From the NCBI GenBank assembly GCA_003555385.1, contig PWHO01000102.1, positions 1 through 36,936 on the forward strand: a stretch of DNA of 36,936 nucleotides, given 5' to 3'. Position 1 is the first letter of the stretch. Each line of letters starts with the position of its first letter. Positions 34,405 through 36,936 of this stretch are shown one piece after another. The position numbers and the translations under genes are program-made. The DNA comes from Bacteroidales bacterium. GTDB lineage: Bacteria > Bacteroidota > Bacteroidia > Bacteroidales > UBA7960. The notes under the pieces were generated by a model. The model saw nothing but the letters and a program-made list of their open reading frames with translations, made no database searches and was not told where the DNA came from.

Positions 34405-34449
34405 TCCTTATTTTTTAAGACGGATTAAATATAGGAAGCAATCAGGTAT

Positions 34450-34478
34450 AAAAAAAGGACCTTTCCGGTGAAAGGTCC
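34450..34478 (-). terminator. intrinsic terminator after the distal tRNA-Glu
   Basis: The minus strand reads GGACCTTT-CACCGG-AAAGGTCC followed by TTTTTTTAT. Confidence 0.65.
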
Positions 34479-34484
34479 CTTTTG

Positions 34485-34556
34485 TAGCCCGTAGGGGATT
34501 CGAACCCCTGTTACCAGGATGAAAACCTGGCGTCCTAACCCCTAGACGAACGGGCC
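34485..34556 (-). tRNA. tRNA-Glu (anticodon TTC), copy 2 in transcription order
   Basis: 72-nt cloverleaf folded by hand: acceptor GGCCCGT/ACGGGCT, D-stem GTCT/GGAC, anticodon stem CCAGG/CCTGG with loop TTTTCAT, T-arm AGGGG-TTCGAAT-CCCCT. No encoded CCA. Confidence 0.93.
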
Positions 34557-34618
34557 GTAATCGCGTGGCGGGAATATGCGTTTTTTACAAATTCACAAAA
34601 CTCCGCCACCCGGGATAT

Positions 34619-34873
34619 CTATTGCAAAAGATTCACGTGACGCATCAGCTTACCCTTCAGGTTGGCCGCTTTGTTCTTATGGATCACGGATTTCTTTGCC
34701 AGACGATCGATCATGGAAATCACCCGGGGCAAGCTTTTTTCTGCCTCGGATTTACTCTCCATGCCACGTATTTTTCTTACCGCTGTACGGGTACTTTTGG
34801 CATAATACCTGTTCCTCAGTTTTTTTGCATTGTCGGAACGGACTCTTTTCTTCGCTGATTTATGGTTTGCCAT
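34619..34873 (-). CDS. rpsT: 30S ribosomal protein S20
   Basis: MANHKSAKKRVRSDNAKKLRNRYYAKSTRTAVRK is the canonical S20 N-terminus. 84 aa. Confidence 0.95.
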   Translation of the reverse strand: MANHKSAKKRVRSDNAKKLRNRYYAKSTRTAVRKIRGMESKSEAEKSLPRVISMIDRLAKKSVIHKNKAANLKGKLMRHVNLLQ

Positions 34874-34912
34874 AATGCCTCGTTAAAATGATTTCTTTAT
34901 TACCTTTGTTTG

Positions 34913-34984
34913 TAGCCCGTAGGGGATTCGAACCCCTGTTACCAGGATGAAAACCTGGCGTCCTAACCCCTAGACGAACGGGCC
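34913..34984 (-). tRNA. tRNA-Glu (anticodon TTC), copy 1, identical to 34485..34556
   Basis: Same 72-nt sequence as the other copy. It lies 39 nt upstream of the rpsT start. Confidence 0.93.
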
Positions 34985-35036
34985 ATGAACTTGTTCTCAA
35001 CTTTATTCAGGGAATACGTCCCTTTGAAAAGGAGTG

Positions 35037-35044
35037 CAAATTTA
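35037..35044 (-). promoter_or_regulatory. candidate -7 box (TAAATTTG) for the tRNA-Glu/rpsT/tRNA-Glu unit
   Basis: The plus strand reads CAAATTTA, about 53 nt upstream of the tRNA 5' end at 34984. Confidence 0.35.
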
Positions 35045-35251
35045 TAACTATTTTCCAAATCCACAAAATTGTTGTGACTTTTTTGACCGGACATCCTCCG
35101 TAAAATCCATCCGGGCAAAATTATCCGCAAAACCAGCGTGAAAAACCGGCAATAATCACCAAAAAAAATGACCGCAGAATCAAAAAAGGAGAAAATACAA
35201 ACTTTTTCAGCAGACTATACGTACAACCCATATTGTTTTGATAGTTTTTTA

Positions 35252-35259
35252 TATATTTG
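35252..35259 (+). promoter_or_regulatory. candidate -7 box (TATATTTG) for the terminal lipoprotein gene
   Basis: Exact TAnnTTTG, 68 nt upstream of the ATG at 35327. Confidence 0.35.
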
Positions 35260-35326
35260 TAGCGTACAATGACGGCTACAATCATTCTAACCCATTAAAA
35301 GATTAACCAATACAAAACAAGCACTT

Positions 35327-36936
35327 ATGAAAAACATTAACTTTAAGCTTTTAGCTGTAGTTTTGATTACAGCGGGACTCTTCGCCAGCTGTGGTCTGAA
35401 CAGAATGGCGAGGAACTATGACGAAGGAATTCGCTATACCCCCGAAACCAACCCGCTGGAAAACCATGGCGGACAGGTTGCCGCGAATATTGACGGACGG
35501 GTTGGTGAAGGCTATTTTCACCGCAATGCGGTGGTGGAACTCACCCCTGTACTGAAATATCAGGACACCGAAATGGAGCTGGAAACTGTCACGCTGCGTG
35601 GAAACAGAACCACCACAACAGGCACTATGGTTAATCGTGACCGGACCACCAACTTCGACATGAATAATGTGGTGGATTATAACCCTGACATGCTCAACTC
35701 AGAACTTTACGTGCGCGCGAAACTTTACCGTGAAGGCCGTGAAGACAGTGCAAGGGAACTTCCCGAAAGAAAAGTGGCAGATGGAATGATCATGACAGCA
35801 CAAAGAATCAAAAAAGATCACACGGGATCACTGGCACCTCATGAGTATGAGGAGGAAGTGATTATCTCCAAGTCTGCAGATATCTACTTTGCCTACATGC
35901 GCCATAATCTGAACTGGCGTCTTGATCTCAACCGCGCTGACGAGGCCCAGCAAAAAATTGAAGACCTCACGGAATTCATTCAGAGAGGCTGGGAACTCAA
36001 AGTGGTTGACGTAGATGCATGGGCTTCCCCTGAAGGTGAAGTTGCTTTTAACATGGAACTGTCAGAAGATCGCGCAGAAACCGGCGAGGACTACATTACC
36101 GGTCTTTTTGAGGACAAAGAGGTGGAAATGCCCGAACTCAGGGTTGAAGCAAAAGGCGAAGACTTTGACGGGTTTATGGTTAAACTGGAAGCTTCTGACA
36201 TGCCCGACAAGCAGGCAATCGCCAACGTGATCAATTCGCAGATCGCCCCGGCAGAGCGTGAAAGAAGAATCAAAGACATGACGCTGATCTATGAGGAAAT
36301 CGAAAAATTACTCGAGCCTCTGCGTCGTGCTGAAATCACTGTACATGCCTATGAGCCCAAGCTTACACACGAGGAGATCTCAGGTCTAGCCCTGAGCGAT
36401 CCCTCACAGCTTGATGAGAAGGAACTGCTTTTTGCTGCCACACTTACTGACAACGCACAAACCAGGCTGACCATTTACCGTTCAGCCCAGGAGCTGTTCC
36501 CGAGAAGCTACAAAGGGTTCAACAACGCTGCTGTGATCCTGCTTGAGCAGGGCGATGCGGAACAAGCGGCTGAATACCTGGAAAGAGCCAATCAGCTTGC
36601 CCCGGGCAACGGTCATGTACAAAACAACATGGGCGTGATCGCGGCATGGGAATATGATGAAGAAAACGCCATGTCGATGTTTGAAGCAGCAAAGGCACAA
36701 GGCGTTGATACCGACTACAACATTGGCGTGACCCAAATCAGGAAAGGTGACTACCAGGCTGCCCTGAACTCATTCTCCGGACATACCTGCAAGTTTAATG
36801 TGGCACTGGCCCAACTCATGGCAGGCAATGAAACCCAGGCTGTAAACACCCTGAACTGCGCACCCGAATGTGCCCAGGTTGCTTACCTGAAAGCAGTCAT
36901 TGCTGCAAGAAACAACGATGCAACAGCATTGTATGA
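35327..36936 (+). CDS. lipoprotein with an OmpA-C-like segment and C-terminal TPR-like repeats; 3'-truncated by the window end
   Basis: Not in the supplied ORF track because it has no stop. My own translation gives MKNINFKLLAVVLITAGLFASCGL (lipobox) ... VDAWASPEGEVAFNMELSEDRAETG ... GFNNAAVILLEQGDAEQAAEYLERANQLAPGN. The frame is open for 536 codons to the last base. Confidence 0.8.
   Translation, partial: MKNINFKLLAVVLITAGLFASCGLNRMARNYDEGIRYTPETNPLENHGGQVAANIDGRVGEGYFHRNAVVELTPVLKYQDTEMELETVTLRGNRTTTTGTMVNRDRTTNFDMNNVVDYNPDMLNSELYVRAKLYREGREDSARELPERKVADGMIMTAQRIKKDHTGSLAPHEYEEEVIISKSADIYFAYMRHNLNWRLDLNRADEAQQKIEDLTEFIQRGWELKVVDVDAWASPEGEVAFNMELSEDRAETGEDYITGLFEDKEVEMPELRVEAKGEDFDGFMVKLEASDMPDKQAIANVINSQIAPAERERRIKDMTLIYEEIEKLLEPLRRAEITVHAYEPKLTHEEISGLALSDPSQLDEKELLFAATLTDNAQTRLTIYRSAQELFPRSYKGFNNAAVILLEQGDAEQAAEYLERANQLAPGNGHVQNNMGVIAAWEYDEENAMSMFEAAKAQGVDTDYNIGVTQIRKGDYQAALNSFSGHTCKFNVALAQLMAGNETQAVNTLNCAPECAQVAYLKAVIAARNNDATALY

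Noticed and set aside
33685-34984. radC next to duplicated tRNA genes as a sign of an integrated island or anti-restriction module
   Set aside because: There is no integrase, no partial tRNA att-type repeat (both copies are full-length genes) and no phage or conjugation genes. This radC has the full housekeeping architecture, HhH plus JAB.
35168-35272. 34-codon ORF (MTAESKKEKIQTF...) in the long spacer before the terminal lipoprotein gene
   Set aside because: It is too short to judge and has no motif. It overlaps the candidate -7 box of the downstream gene, and the A-rich context makes a chance ORF likely.
1-36936. Window-wide look for CRISPR arrays, transposases, integrases, toxin-antitoxin pairs or known defence genes
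   Set aside because: None found. The only exact repeats are the two tRNA-Glu copies, the 21-bp coding tandem repeat and the 29-nt paralog core. All intergenic spacers are short and AT-rich, with promoter- or terminator-like content.

Overview
This is a 36.9-kb, gene-dense window with about 30 CDS and 2 tRNAs. It reads like a Bacteroidota chromosome: a gldE-gldD pair, a CarboxypepD_reg/DUF5686-type outer-membrane protein, many Cys-lipobox lipoproteins, TAnnTTTG -7 boxes ahead of several genes, and no Shine-Dalgarno sequences. Left to right the window holds: a small helical protein plus a cytoplasmic histidine kinase, followed by a decayed kinase C-terminal relic; an adaptor-RND-TolC efflux operon on the minus strand; an M16 zinc peptidase; a translationally coupled operon of CDP-alcohol phosphatidyltransferase, a short CdsA-like cytidylyltransferase, a polyprenol/DAG-kinase-like protein and a 1191-aa GH13-like protein; two inverted paralogous lipoproteins of unknown function bracketing a DUF2807/beta-barrel protein, yebC and a double-ATPase ABC protein; an alpha/beta hydrolase; a QueD-family enzyme; gldE/gldD; pyruvate kinase, an FtsX-type permease, upp, FemAB-like and deacetylase-like genes, and radC; a tRNA-Glu / rpsT / tRNA-Glu unit; and a 5'-complete lipoprotein with TPR-like repeats that runs off the window end and is absent from the ORF track. 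I see no CRISPR array, transposase, integrase, phage genes or recognisable defence genes, and most of the window is ordinary housekeeping. The best candidates for undescribed biology are the lipid-activation/GH13 operon and the duplicated lipoprotein family. Both rest only on motifs and gene order read by eye; no database search was run.
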